DNA of 64,000 nt from an uncultured bacterium (GCA_963705505.1 CAVPJU010000010.1:512001-576000), one strand, 5' to 3'. Positions 10,947 to 21,146 are shown, counted from the stretch's first letter. Numbers and translations are program-made. Notes: a model not told the origin generated them from the sequence alone.

Positions 10947-12151
10947 GATTCACCCCCGGGCTGAGCCTTAGGGTGTTTCTCGGCAACGCTGCTATTTCCG
11001 ACGTTTACCTTACCCCCGGGCATGACCCCCAGCTGTCCGTTGACGACAACGCGCTCTCCGGGCTTGAGTCCTTCCGCAATAACAACCATATCACCCTGCC
11101 TCTGACCCGTCTTCACGGGCCTTAGCTCTGCTGTCGAGTCCTCTTTCACCACGTAGACGAATGTGCCTCTCGCCGACGACTGGAGGGCAGGCGCCGGTAC
11201 GAGCACCGCATCCGGCATCGTGGCGAGCACGAGCCTCACCTTGACGAAACGTCCCGGCCACAGCGTGTGGTCGGGGTTCGGGACAGTAGCGCGGAGCGTC
11301 ACGGTCCCGGTGGGGTCCTGCACTGCGTTGTCGAGAAACGTAAGTTCACCCGCGAGCGGCTGACCGCTCCCGTCGGGCAGGCTCACTTCGGCTTTCAGCG
11401 ACCCCTCCGCCATGTGCTGCTGCACGGCCGTGAGGTCGTTCTCGGTGACGGTGAATTCGGCGTATATCGGGTCCACACGCTGTATGGTCAGAAGCGAACC
11501 GTTGTTCGCGGTCACCACGTTCCCTATATCGACGAGCCTGTGCCCCGCGCGTCCGTCGATCGGTGAGGAGATGGACGTGTATTCAAGATTGATGCGGGCG
11601 GTCTCGACCTCGGCCTCGTTCTGCGCGACCGCGGCCGCAGCCACATCGACGGCGTTCTCCCTCGTATCGTATTCCTGCTTCGAGATCGCCTTCGCGTCCA
11701 CGAGGCCGTCCGCCCGCGCAAACTGTATTTTCGCCAGGTCGAGCCGCGCCCTCGCCTGAGCGAGGTTCGCCTCGGCAAGGTCGAGAGCGGCCTTATACGG
11801 GCGCGGGTCTATCGTAAAAAGGGGGTCGCCCTTCTTGAGCTCGGCTCCGTCCTCGAAATGGATCTGCGTTATACGCCCCGATACCTGCGGCTGGATCGAT
11901 ACGGCCTCGCGAGCGACGCACTTACCGACCTCGTCAAGATACACAGGGACTTCCCGGCTGACAGCAGGGGTGACGGTTACGTTGGCGGGCGGACGCTCGG
12001 GCAGCGCCGCGCCGTTATTCCCACAGCCCGCCAGAACGAAGGCCGAGAGGAAGGCGGCACAAAGCACGCTCATAGCAAATACGCTGACAAATCGCCTGTG
12101 AATCCGGTGCGCGGCTGCGCCTCTTGACTGTACTGATCTTTGTTCGCTCAT
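10943..12151 (-). CDS. RND periplasmic adaptor (MdtA-like)
   Basis: LAGC lipobox, lipoyl-like PQVSGRI, SPIDGRAG, LWPGRFVKV. Confidence 0.92.
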   Translation of the reverse strand: MSEQRSVQSRGAAAHRIHRRFVSVFAMSVLCAAFLSAFVLAGCGNNGAALPERPPANVTVTPAVSREVPVYLDEVGKCVAREAVSIQPQVSGRITQIHFEDGAELKKGDPLFTIDPRPYKAALDLAEANLAQARARLDLAKIQFARADGLVDAKAISKQEYDTRENAVDVAAAAVAQNEAEVETARINLEYTSISSPIDGRAGHRLVDIGNVVTANNGSLLTIQRVDPIYAEFTVTENDLTAVQQHMAEGSLKAEVSLPDGSGQPLAGELTFLDNAVQDPTGTVTLRATVPNPDHTLWPGRFVKVRLVLATMPDAVLVPAPALQSSARGTFVYVVKEDSTAELRPVKTGQRQGDMVVIAEGLKPGERVVVNGQLGVMPGGKVNVGNSSVAEKHPKAQPGGES

Positions 12152-12243
12152 AAAATCCTCCCCGCAAGATTCGGCTTGTCCGTACGAGTTATCATATTAA
12201 TTTTCCTTCCGCATAAGTTTTGGATTAATGGCATAATCAAGAT

Positions 12244-13017
12244 TCAAAGTCCCTCGTGACAAGAGGGATACAAATCATCTTTTCCGCTCATAAAGAAATA
12301 ATCAGAAAGCTTGTCCCTCAAAAAAAGCCTCGCCCTGCGAATCCTGGACTTCACATTCGGAAGCGAGAGATTCAATATGTCCGCAACTTCCCGATTCGAA
12401 AGACCTTCCACGTCCCTTAGATGGAAGACGACTCTGTGGGCTGCCGGAAGCTCATTCAACGCCTTTTCTATTGTCTCCATCACCTCTTTCCTGAAAAGCA
12501 CCTCATCCGGTCTGCCGCTCCAGTCCTTTATCCGGACCCCTTCGAGTACACCATACTCATTGTATGAGACGTGGTCCTCAAGACTCACTTCATTTTCGTA
12601 TATCCGTTTTTTGGCTCTCAGGCTCATGTAGCCCGCGTTCGCCGCGACTCTATAGAGCCATGTTGAAAATTTGGACTCCCCGCGAAACGTGTCGAGCTTC
12701 TCCATGGTGAGGAACACTTCCTGCATAATGTCTTCCGCATCACGGGGATCATGCGTGATGCGGAGCGCGAGCCTGAATATCTTGTCCGCGTACCGGTTTA
12801 CGATCTCATTAAAAGCCTCTTCGTCCTGTGTCCCCACTATCTTCACGACAAGCTCTTCGTCCGACAACACTTTATGGTTTAATATTCCGTCCTTACTCGG
12901 TTGTGTTATTTCCCGAGAATCGGGTGTGGCGGCGGCTTTGTTCCCGTCGGCGGAAGAAAGCCGTTGCTCTTCCGGGACAGGCGATGTTTCAATGCCTTCC
13001 GTGACCGATTTATACAT
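12244..13017 (-). CDS. ECF sigma-70 factor
   Basis: DAEDIMQEVF, FRGESKFSTWLYRVA (region 2), VFHLRDVEGLS..EVA...VKSRIRRAR (region 4); start position uncertain. Confidence 0.92.
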   Translation of the reverse strand: MYKSVTEGIETSPVPEEQRLSSADGNKAAATPDSREITQPSKDGILNHKVLSDEELVVKIVGTQDEEAFNEIVNRYADKIFRLALRITHDPRDAEDIMQEVFLTMEKLDTFRGESKFSTWLYRVAANAGYMSLRAKKRIYENEVSLEDHVSYNEYGVLEGVRIKDWSGRPDEVLFRKEVMETIEKALNELPAAHRVVFHLRDVEGLSNREVADILNLSLPNVKSRIRRARLFLRDKLSDYFFMSGKDDLYPSCHEGL

Positions 13018-13100
13018 CGCGACCTCCTTTTATAAGTACAAGTCTGTATTATTCCGTATTTAATTATTCATCAGTGAACGATCGTGATAAAAAAAACGCC

Positions 13101-13553
13101 TCACCCGTTCTCTAATCTGCCCAATAAACCGATAATCAGTCCCCTCTCATCATCACTGAAAGGCTTGAGCAATTCCTCCACTATCTCCGTCAGCGCACGA
13201 TCCCCTTCTTCGTAGCGGCTCCGGCCTTTATCAGTAATCACGGCCAGAACGCTGCGGCGGTCTTCGGGACAGTCCTTCCTCTCCACAAGACCGTCCGCTT
13301 CCAACCTGTCCACTAGCTGCGTGATATTCGATTTCACGCACAGAAGCTCCTGGGCAAGACGGGTAAGAAGTATCGGCGCTCCTGCTTTTATTAGACGATC
13401 GAGGGCCACGTATTTGGACAACGAGAGTCCGGTAACGGCAAGCGCTTCCTCGACGCGCTGCTCCACAATGTCCGAAGCACGTCTGATTCTCTTAAGGACG
13501 AGGATTTTAGCTTCCCTTTCTTTATCAGAATCTTTATCACATGAATTATTCAT
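13101..13553 (-). CDS. MarR-family transcriptional regulator
   Basis: NITQLVDRLEADGLVER...DRRSVLAVITDKG winged helix. Confidence 0.92.
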   Translation of the reverse strand: MNNSCDKDSDKEREAKILVLKRIRRASDIVEQRVEEALAVTGLSLSKYVALDRLIKAGAPILLTRLAQELLCVKSNITQLVDRLEADGLVERKDCPEDRRSVLAVITDKGRSRYEEGDRALTEIVEELLKPFSDDERGLIIGLLGRLENG

Positions 13554-13595
13554 ATATGAAATATACTTGAGTGAACTAATACCGTCAAGGGACCG

Positions 13596-14492
13596 CTATA
13601 TTCCGGCAACAGCCGGGATAACTTCACGGCCTATTACCTCGATAGGCGTGATCTCATGCGTGTTCGGCATACTGAATATGAAGTGCTGAATACCTATTCC
13701 GGCAAGCCCCCTGCATTGGGCTATAAGGTCGGACGGGGCCGCACCGCCCTCCCCTACATTAACGACACCCAGAACGGTGCGCTCTATCTCATCGTAGGGG
13801 CGGCCGATTTCATCGCAATGACGCCTGAGCACGTCTAATTTTTTTGCTATCTCATCGATGCCGCCTAACGGAGGACCGAACAGGTTGCACGCGTCCGCAT
13901 ACCGGGCAACGAGCCTGAGGGTCTTCTTCTCACCCATGCCGCCCACAAGAATCGGCGGGTGGGGTTTTGAGAGCGGCAGAGGATTGTTTATAGGCTCCGC
14001 CAGCCGATAGTGCTTCCCGTTATAGGGCTTCACCTCACCCGACCACATGAGCTTCGCGATATCAAGCGTTTCCTCGAGACGCTCCATGCGCTCCTTGAGC
14101 GGCGGGAAAGGCAGCCCGAGACCTTGAGCCTCACGCTCGTACCACGCGGCGCCTATGCCGAGGTTTGCCCGTCCGCCGGAGAGGACATCGAGTGTCGTTA
14201 CTGTTTTTATAAGGTAGCCCGGATGGCGGTAGAGTGCGGACGTCACCATAACACCGAGACGCACCCTGCTCGTAAGGGGAGCCAGGTAGCCGAGAGCCGT
14301 GTAAGCTTCAAGCATGGGGTCATGAGGCTCAAGCCCCATCTGAGCCATATCGATTTGAAAGAGGTGGTCCATCACCCAAAGGCTGCTGAAACCCGCCTTA
14401 TCGGCTGCCTCCGCTATCTCACGGAGCTTTTTGCCCGTATTTTGAGGGCTGCCCGGCCAGTCGAAACGTATAACCTGTAATCCTATCTTCAC
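13596..14492 (-). CDS. LLM-class (probably F420-dependent) oxidoreductase, Rv1855c-like
   Basis: WVMDH, TLDVLSGGR, GIGAAWYERE, PPILVGGMGEKKTLRLVARYAD; GTG start with GAGGAA RBS. Confidence 0.85.
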   Translation of the reverse strand: MKIGLQVIRFDWPGSPQNTGKKLREIAEAADKAGFSSLWVMDHLFQIDMAQMGLEPHDPMLEAYTALGYLAPLTSRVRLGVMVTSALYRHPGYLIKTVTTLDVLSGGRANLGIGAAWYEREAQGLGLPFPPLKERMERLEETLDIAKLMWSGEVKPYNGKHYRLAEPINNPLPLSKPHPPILVGGMGEKKTLRLVARYADACNLFGPPLGGIDEIAKKLDVLRRHCDEIGRPYDEIERTVLGVVNVGEGGAAPSDLIAQCRGLAGIGIQHFIFSMPNTHEITPIEVIGREVIPAVAGI

Positions 14493-14865
14493 ATTCCTCT
14501 ACCTCCGCGAGTGTTTTTTAATTACGCATTCCCTAGATAATTATGATGAAAATCACGGTGGAGGGGATGCTTATAATTACATCCGCCGGTGAATTTAGGT
14601 GAATATACATGTCAGATGATTGGTGATGCAGAGGTGAAATCAGGCACGCAGTGATAATCCCACAGGGCGGATACGGCAAAATTTGAAACCGCATACCCCT
14701 ACCCCGCCGGATTGTTATAGAATTAGAAAATTATCTCGGATTTACCCGGATATATAATGACGGATTTATTCAGATACATAGCTCATGCTTCGTGACAGAA
14801 TTATGCACGAAAAAAGCCCGCGATACTCCTCATCATCGGCATACGCCCCCGGGATTTAATCCCGC

Positions 14866-15261
14866 CTACGCGGTGAGCCGCATCCCTTTCTTACGTCTCC
14901 CGAAGGAATAATTAAGACCGCAGGACTCTACCGCCCTCCTCCACGAGCCGAAATGATACTCGGCCGCGGATACGAGTGTCGTCATACCGTTCTTTCTGAG
15001 GATAGAGGGCCTCAGACAATCGCCTTCCGCCCGGAGCCTGTTTATCTCGTTTCTAATCCTCTCCCTCGTCCACTTCCTGTTGTTCCTCGAGCTCTCATAA
15101 TCAATACCGCACGCTTCGAGAGCACTCCTCCATGAGCCGAATGCCTTGCACGCTTTTACATAAAGTGAGGTATGCTCCTTTGCGATATTAGCGGGCTTTT
15201 CCGCATCGGGACTGAAAATCCTGGTTATTTCTCTTTTCACTCTTTCCGCTCGCTTGGTCAT
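14866..15261 (-). CDS. Small basic protein with two FGSWRxAxExCG repeats (homing-endonuclease-associated repeat-like)
   Basis: AFGSWRSALEACG and HFGSWRRAVESCG repeats linked by KWTRERI. Confidence 0.7.
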   Translation of the reverse strand: MTKRAERVKREITRIFSPDAEKPANIAKEHTSLYVKACKAFGSWRSALEACGIDYESSRNNRKWTRERIRNEINRLRAEGDCLRPSILRKNGMTTLVSAAEYHFGSWRRAVESCGLNYSFGRRKKGMRLTA

Positions 15262-15615
15262 GACAATCCATATAACAATATTTATGCCATACGTAAATGT
15301 CTGTTATCACGGGAGATATTGAGGATTCGTCCGCGGGAAATGTGTCTTGTTATCTGACACAGGACACTGGAAGAGTCGGAATTCCGCCCGTCTTTTTATT
15401 ATACAACGGAAATAATCCCCATTGCAATGACCGGACGTACCCGGAAGTCCGGTCACCCGGGCATCCGGGACCATACCGAAGGCTTATGATTCCGGACCCC
15501 TCACCCGCTGCAAATATCTCTCCGCTCGCTAATATAACTTATCATGAAAATTAGCTCTTTATTGTTGTTGTATTCCATGTTAGTTAATATCTAACAAGAG
15601 TCATTCTTAAAGGAG

Positions 15616-17856
15616 ATGACCATGAAGGGTAGGGTGAGCATACTAAGCAAGGTAGTATTCCGTTCTTTTCTGTTCCGGGCTTTTATTTTTTCTTTCCTGC
15701 TGATATCAGTTTACGGTGGATGTAGCGGAGGTGGAGGAGGAGTGGTTCCCCCGCCGCCACCGCCGACTATAGAGGGAAACAAGCTCAATATCCAGATACT
15801 CAACGCTATCATAGGTCCGGACAACCATCCTGTAGCAACAATTAAAATCACAGATGAAAGGGGAAACCCTTTGCAACCTACCGACCTAGATCAATTACGC
15901 CTCATAATCGCGAGGATTGTGGACTCGGGTGAATACATAGACTACATAACGACTAACGAGGATGGAGCCATTCTGCCGTACCGTGAGGATAGTTCCTTGG
16001 GCACGTTCAACGGCCAGGGGGGAGGCGTTTATACCTATACGTTTGCATTTATGCTTCCGCAGGGCTATGACGGCAGCCAGACACACACGGTAGCACTTTA
16101 CGGGTCAAGAAAGGTAGGAAGCCAGACCTGGGTCTCAAACGCTACTTTCGACTTCGTGCCCAACGGGGGCGAAGTCAGGACAATAAGGGACATCGTGAGC
16201 GTCAACTCATGCAATAATTGCCATGACCCTCTTGCCGTACACGGAGGACGCAGGAGAGACCCGAAGCTCTGTATAACATGCCACACATCAAAGATAATCA
16301 ATCCCGATACAGGTCAAGAAGAGGATCTGGTCGACCCCGCTACAGGGAATAGTATCGCCTTTAAGGTTATGATACACAAGATACACATGGGCGAGAGCCT
16401 ACCGAGCGTTATGGACGGCTTTCCCTATATGATAGGTAATAGCGACTTCTCGAGCGTAGTGTTCCCCCAGGACATAAGAAATTGCACGAAGTGCCACGAC
16501 GAGTCCCAAGCGTCCCAGGCTGACGACTATAAGAACGTCCCCACCAGGGCTGCCTGCGGCTCGTGCCACGACAACGTCGACTTCGCCACAGCTACCAATC
16601 ACCCCACGGTGCAGCTCAACGACAACAACTGCTCGGGATGTCATATACCGAGCTCGGGGAACGAATTCGATATATCGGTTACCGGAGCACATACAATACC
16701 GCTTAAATCAAAGACCCTCCCCGGAGTCGTTTTCGATATAGTGAGCGTGACTTCCGCGGAGACAGGCTCGAACAGGGTAGCCCCCGGTGAGCATGCCCAG
16801 GTGCTATTCAGCGTCAGAAACAATAATGGAGATGTTGTAAACCCTCAGGATCTCAATAGACTGTCTCTGACGATAGCGGGTCCCACTACAGATTACGATA
16901 TACAGGACTACCACGGCACAGGAGCGGTTCCGGGAGTAGATAACGTGCTCACAGAGAACGCCTTGAAAGCTTCAGACGGCCCCGACGCCGACGGCAACTT
17001 CGTTTACACATTTAAAGGCATGATCCCGTTGAACGGCTCAGGCACCTACGCGGTCGGCATAGAGGGCTACAAGACCGAGACGGTGGGCGGTGAGAACCAG
17101 ATACTAATCGAGGACGTAAGAGACGCGGGGCATAACGTAGTCAGCTACTTTGCCGTTACGGACCCGGTCCCGGTCCCGCGGAGGACGGTCGTCGACAACA
17201 ATACCGAAGACCAGTACTGCAACTCATGCCACGGGGAGTTCTCAAAGGACTTCAGCATCCACGGAGGCATCCGCAACAACACCCAATACTGCGTCCTCTG
17301 CCACAACCCTTCGAACGACGATATAAGCGTGAGGCCGGTCCCCGACTGGACGGGAAGCGACACTCCTACAACGACCTCGATCAATTTCAGGCAGATGATA
17401 CACAAGATACATACGGGCGAGAACCTTACCGTAACGCCTTACATAATCTACGGGTTCGGGGGAAGCCTGAATGACTTCAGCGACGTCCTCTTCCCGGGCA
17501 AGACGAATGACTGCGCCGATTGCCACGTGCCCAACACGAACATACTCGACCCGGGTATGGGCATACTGGGCCCTGGAATTTTACCGACCATCACCAGGGA
17601 GTTTACGAAGGTGGACGACGAGAACGTCGTTCTGAATACGTTCTCCTTGCAGCCGGTTATTACGGTCTGCACGTCCTGTCATGACGATGTAGGTGTAAAC
17701 GTCGCGGGGAATGCCCTTACGGGCGTGAACCACCTGGGAGGACCGCAGCCTGAGGGAGCGTGCATAAATTGCCACGCCGCGGGCGACCCTCTTGGCGCGG
17801 CGGAAGTGCATCTGGTTCCGCTCCCGTTTGATGAGCGTATAAACCGTCCCCAATAG
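15616..17856 (+). CDS. OmcA/MtrC-family decaheme c-type cytochrome, predicted lipoprotein
   Basis: 10 CxxCH in two pentaheme blocks each preceded by a heme-free domain; duplicated HGG..C..CH..MIHKIH.G motif; YGGC lipobox-like site then Gly/Pro linker; start may be 15622. Confidence 0.9.
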   Translation: MTMKGRVSILSKVVFRSFLFRAFIFSFLLISVYGGCSGGGGGVVPPPPPPTIEGNKLNIQILNAIIGPDNHPVATIKITDERGNPLQPTDLDQLRLIIARIVDSGEYIDYITTNEDGAILPYREDSSLGTFNGQGGGVYTYTFAFMLPQGYDGSQTHTVALYGSRKVGSQTWVSNATFDFVPNGGEVRTIRDIVSVNSCNNCHDPLAVHGGRRRDPKLCITCHTSKIINPDTGQEEDLVDPATGNSIAFKVMIHKIHMGESLPSVMDGFPYMIGNSDFSSVVFPQDIRNCTKCHDESQASQADDYKNVPTRAACGSCHDNVDFATATNHPTVQLNDNNCSGCHIPSSGNEFDISVTGAHTIPLKSKTLPGVVFDIVSVTSAETGSNRVAPGEHAQVLFSVRNNNGDVVNPQDLNRLSLTIAGPTTDYDIQDYHGTGAVPGVDNVLTENALKASDGPDADGNFVYTFKGMIPLNGSGTYAVGIEGYKTETVGGENQILIEDVRDAGHNVVSYFAVTDPVPVPRRTVVDNNTEDQYCNSCHGEFSKDFSIHGGIRNNTQYCVLCHNPSNDDISVRPVPDWTGSDTPTTTSINFRQMIHKIHTGENLTVTPYIIYGFGGSLNDFSDVLFPGKTNDCADCHVPNTNILDPGMGILGPGILPTITREFTKVDDENVVLNTFSLQPVITVCTSCHDDVGVNVAGNALTGVNHLGGPQPEGACINCHAAGDPLGAAEVHLVPLPFDERINRPQ

Positions 17857-17881
17857 GAATAGACCTAAGGACGAACCGAAT

Positions 17882-18202
17882 ATGAAAATGCTTGTCATGG
17901 TTATTCTGATGTCCTCACTGCTCACGCTAGTCTCGTGTGTGAGCAGTGAGGACGAGGGTCAGGACTGGGGCAATATACTTGCCGGCGTCGAGGGATTACA
18001 GCTGACTGAGCAAGACCACCCCGACGGATGGCAAAGGGAAGATTGTTTCGCGTGTCACCCGCTCGAGGTGATACACCAGGAAGACCGCTCGGGGCTGGGG
18101 GTCCTGCTGCTTCAGGACATACGTGAATTTACCGTACAGGAAGGGCTTTCGAGCTGTCCGATATGTCACGGAGATAATGGCGTACCAGCACTTATGGAGT
18201 AG
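17882..18202 (+). CDS. Small diheme cytochrome c lipoprotein
   Basis: LVSC lipobox; CFACH and CPICH. Confidence 0.82.
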   Translation: MKMLVMVILMSSLLTLVSCVSSEDEGQDWGNILAGVEGLQLTEQDHPDGWQREDCFACHPLEVIHQEDRSGLGVLLLQDIREFTVQEGLSSCPICHGDNGVPALME

Positions 18203-18210
18203 TCTTTCAA

Positions 18211-19512
18211 ATGTCAAAACAGATTTTAGGTGCCGCAATAATATTGCTGCTCTCGGCGATGGGGGAGATTGCGGTATACGGGCAGGAGGAGATGATACGC
18301 CCGAGGAGCCTGGGCCTTTACGGAAACACCTTCTTGCTCTTTCAGGCTCCGACGCCGCTCCTCAACGCGGACGGCGATAAAAAGTACGTCTACCCTTTTT
18401 ATCAATACTTGGACTTAAGCTCCAACTATCCGGATCATAATGTGTACTTCAACACATACCTGAGAGGGAGAGAGATCTTTAACGGGGACCAGGATTCGCT
18501 CGACGTATATAACGCGTTCGTCGATATCTCGAACACCCCCGGCACGTACGAGATAAGGCTCGGCAGACAGACCATGACCGAAGGTATCAATTACATACTG
18601 ATGGACGGAGCCCTCGTCAGAATAAAGCCCCTGAAGGGGCTTGAGTTAACGGCCTACGCCGGATACCAGGAAAAAGACATTCAGCCCGATCCCGAAAGAC
18701 CCACTAACAACTTTGGAGTATTCGGAATAAAACTTAAAACGGACGCCATACTCGGCTCGATAATTTCAGTAGGGTATGAGCTCTACGACCCGCAAGACTT
18801 CTCATCGAGGCAGTTCATAAACCTGGCCTTCAACAGGGCCGTGCCATTCACTGATTACGCCGACGTGTACGCGCTCGCTGAGATCGATGTAGGGGAAGGG
18901 AACCTGGGCCTTCTCACGACAGGAGTGGGTATTGCCGTATTGAGGTCACTTTACCTCAACCTCGAATACGATAACTACAACCTGGACCAGGAGAGAGACC
19001 AGTTCAGACTCGATCCGATCTTCGATTTGTTTTCGGTCGGCAGGCTCCAGCAAGCAAGGGTCGGATTAACGTTCACACCCGCATCATTCCTTGAGATAAA
19101 CGGGAGTTACGCCTATTCACACTACGATCCCTCGGATGACAACGGTACGAACGGGAACATCGCAAAGCTCGGCTACATGTTCAATTTCTGGAAGGAGATC
19201 GGGCTCAGGGCGTTCCAGGGGTTTTACTATATCGACGGGAGCGGCAACACCGATTACGCGGTTGGTGTCAATACGAGCCTCTATGAAGAAATAAGGAATG
19301 GATGGCAGCTTGAGTTCGCTTTCGCATATGCTTACTATAACAAGATTACGAACCAGAGCGGAAACGCATTCAGCTACATAGTCGGCAACGAGTATGTGCT
19401 GAAGAAAGACCTCGTTTTGAGAACAGCGGTTGAGTTCAATACAAACCAGGATTTCCATAAAGACATAAGGGTGGATTTGGGATTAAGTTATTTCTTTTCG
19501 ACGAGCCTGTGA
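18211..19512 (+). CDS. Putative outer-membrane beta-barrel (porin of a porin-cytochrome complex)
   Basis: Signal peptide, Cys-free, Tyr/Gly/Asn-rich alternating strands, C-terminal VDLGLSYFF barrel-like strand; sits between multiheme genes. Confidence 0.7.
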   Translation: MSKQILGAAIILLLSAMGEIAVYGQEEMIRPRSLGLYGNTFLLFQAPTPLLNADGDKKYVYPFYQYLDLSSNYPDHNVYFNTYLRGREIFNGDQDSLDVYNAFVDISNTPGTYEIRLGRQTMTEGINYILMDGALVRIKPLKGLELTAYAGYQEKDIQPDPERPTNNFGVFGIKLKTDAILGSIISVGYELYDPQDFSSRQFINLAFNRAVPFTDYADVYALAEIDVGEGNLGLLTTGVGIAVLRSLYLNLEYDNYNLDQERDQFRLDPIFDLFSVGRLQQARVGLTFTPASFLEINGSYAYSHYDPSDDNGTNGNIAKLGYMFNFWKEIGLRAFQGFYYIDGSGNTDYAVGVNTSLYEEIRNGWQLEFAFAYAYYNKITNQSGNAFSYIVGNEYVLKKDLVLRTAVEFNTNQDFHKDIRVDLGLSYFFSTSL

Positions 19513-20132
19513 TGAAAAGAGCACAATTGATTGTATTCATGCTCGCGGCAGCGCTTGCTGCGTGCGGAGCTCAGAACAAGGAACATGACGCCTCGGGGGC
19601 GAAGCCCAAGGTGCCGCTCGACGTGAGGATGAACTTCTCGCACGAGACGCATAAGAAGGTAATGGAGAAAGAGGGATTCCAATGTTTCGTATGCCATCCG
19701 ATGAACGTCAAGCCGAAAGACGAAAAGAGCATAGAAGAGGCCATAAAGATGTCGAAGCAGGCATTTTTCCCCGGAAAGGAGACTTGCCACTTCTGCCATT
19801 ATAACCCCGAGGCCGGCAACATTGCCCCGGGCCAATGCAGCTTATGCCATTTCAACATGGCCGAGATCGAGCCCAAGAACCACAACTTCAACTGGAGTGA
19901 AAAACACGCCATATTCGCGAAAGCCGACGAGGAATCGTGCCAGAACTGCCACGCGCCTAGATTCTGCGAGGACTGCCACAAGAGAAGAGACCTCCCTACC
20001 ATCATGGTCCACGACAGGAATTGGAGGTTCGTCCATGGAATAGAGGCTCGTGCGAACCCCAGGGAGTGCGGTAATTGTCACGAGATTACGTTCTGCAATA
20101 CCTGTCATACGAAGGGCGGATATGATTATTAG
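19512..20132 (+). CDS. Heptaheme cytochrome c lipoprotein
   Basis: LAAC lipobox; 7 CxxCH; c3/c7-like FSHETH start, then two H..W...H...A..CxxCH..CxxCH repeats; TGATG overlap with the barrel gene. Confidence 0.88.
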   Translation: MKRAQLIVFMLAAALAACGAQNKEHDASGAKPKVPLDVRMNFSHETHKKVMEKEGFQCFVCHPMNVKPKDEKSIEEAIKMSKQAFFPGKETCHFCHYNPEAGNIAPGQCSLCHFNMAEIEPKNHNFNWSEKHAIFAKADEESCQNCHAPRFCEDCHKRRDLPTIMVHDRNWRFVHGIEARANPRECGNCHEITFCNTCHTKGGYDY

Positions 20133-20703
20133 GTACATTCTTACAGCTATGTTGATAGTGCTCCTCCCAACTGTCCTTCTGTCGAAGGAAAAAGAAAAAG
20201 AGGAAGAGGAGGAAAACCCTCATACCGCTATGGTTGGCAACGAGTTCGGATGCCTCGACTGCCATACGGAGGTGCCCAAGGAGGGGATGAAGAGCCCGAC
20301 GTATTTCCTCGTGGACGCGCCCTCGGAGAACTGCCTCGGGTGCCACGACGAGACGATGCACCCGGGGTCGAAGGAGCACGAGGGGAAGGAAGCGAAACCG
20401 CTCCCCGGGGACGAGAACGGCAAGATAGCGTGCTTCACCTGCCACGACCCGCACCCGGAGGGGGTGATAAAGGGGAGGAAGGTGTACGGGGCTGAGCTCG
20501 ACCAGAGGAGCATGGATTTCATGAGACTCATAGTGGGGCCCGAGCTCGGGAAAGAGCTGGGTACATCGATAGAGTTCGATCCCGACAAAAAGGTCTATCT
20601 CAGGGAGCCGATGAACAAGGTATGCAGCACATGTCATGAAACAATAAAATACAAGGGGGTCTATACACCATGGTACAAATTTTCAGAAATGTTTACGTAT
20701 TAG
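20122..20703 (+). CDS. Tetraheme cytochrome c
   Basis: Signal peptide from ATG 20122; CLDCH, CLGCH, CFTCHDPH, CSTCH. Confidence 0.85.
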   Translation: MIIRYILTAMLIVLLPTVLLSKEKEKEEEEENPHTAMVGNEFGCLDCHTEVPKEGMKSPTYFLVDAPSENCLGCHDETMHPGSKEHEGKEAKPLPGDENGKIACFTCHDPHPEGVIKGRKVYGAELDQRSMDFMRLIVGPELGKELGTSIEFDPDKKVYLREPMNKVCSTCHETIKYKGVYTPWYKFSEMFTY

Positions 20704-21146
20704 CTTTAATGCTCATAATCCCCGCGGCGGCTTTCGCTCAGGACACGAGCGTACAGCAGAAGGGGATAGAGATATTCGTCGAGCATAGGTGTTATACCTG
20801 CCATACAGTTAAGGCGGAAGCCGCGCAGATAGACGCGGCAAAAGTCGCCTTTGCCAAAACGAAGGGAGTCGAATCCAAGGAGACTGCAGAAGAGAAGGAA
20901 GAGCCCAAAGGCGGCGACCTCTCCAACATAGGGACCGACAGGACTCAGGAATGGCTTACTAAATTTCTGAAAGACCCGAAGGATTATTTCAAGGACACTC
21001 CTGACTGCAAGAAACTCGCGAAGAAGAAGGAGAGGAAGAAGTTCAAGGGCACGGACGCTGAATTCCAGGATCTCCTGGCATGGCTCTCATCACTCAAATA
21101 CGGCGACAAGCAGGAAGCGGGCTTCAAGTCGTGCTTAAAAGAATAA
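20670..21146 (+). CDS. Monoheme class I cytochrome c, paralog 1
   Basis: AFA signal peptide, CYTCH, GGDLS, FLKDP; no Met or His after the heme motif. Confidence 0.85.
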   Translation: MVQIFRNVYVLALMLIIPAAAFAQDTSVQQKGIEIFVEHRCYTCHTVKAEAAQIDAAKVAFAKTKGVESKETAEEKEEPKGGDLSNIGTDRTQEWLTKFLKDPKDYFKDTPDCKKLAKKKERKKFKGTDAEFQDLLAWLSSLKYGDKQEAGFKSCLKE

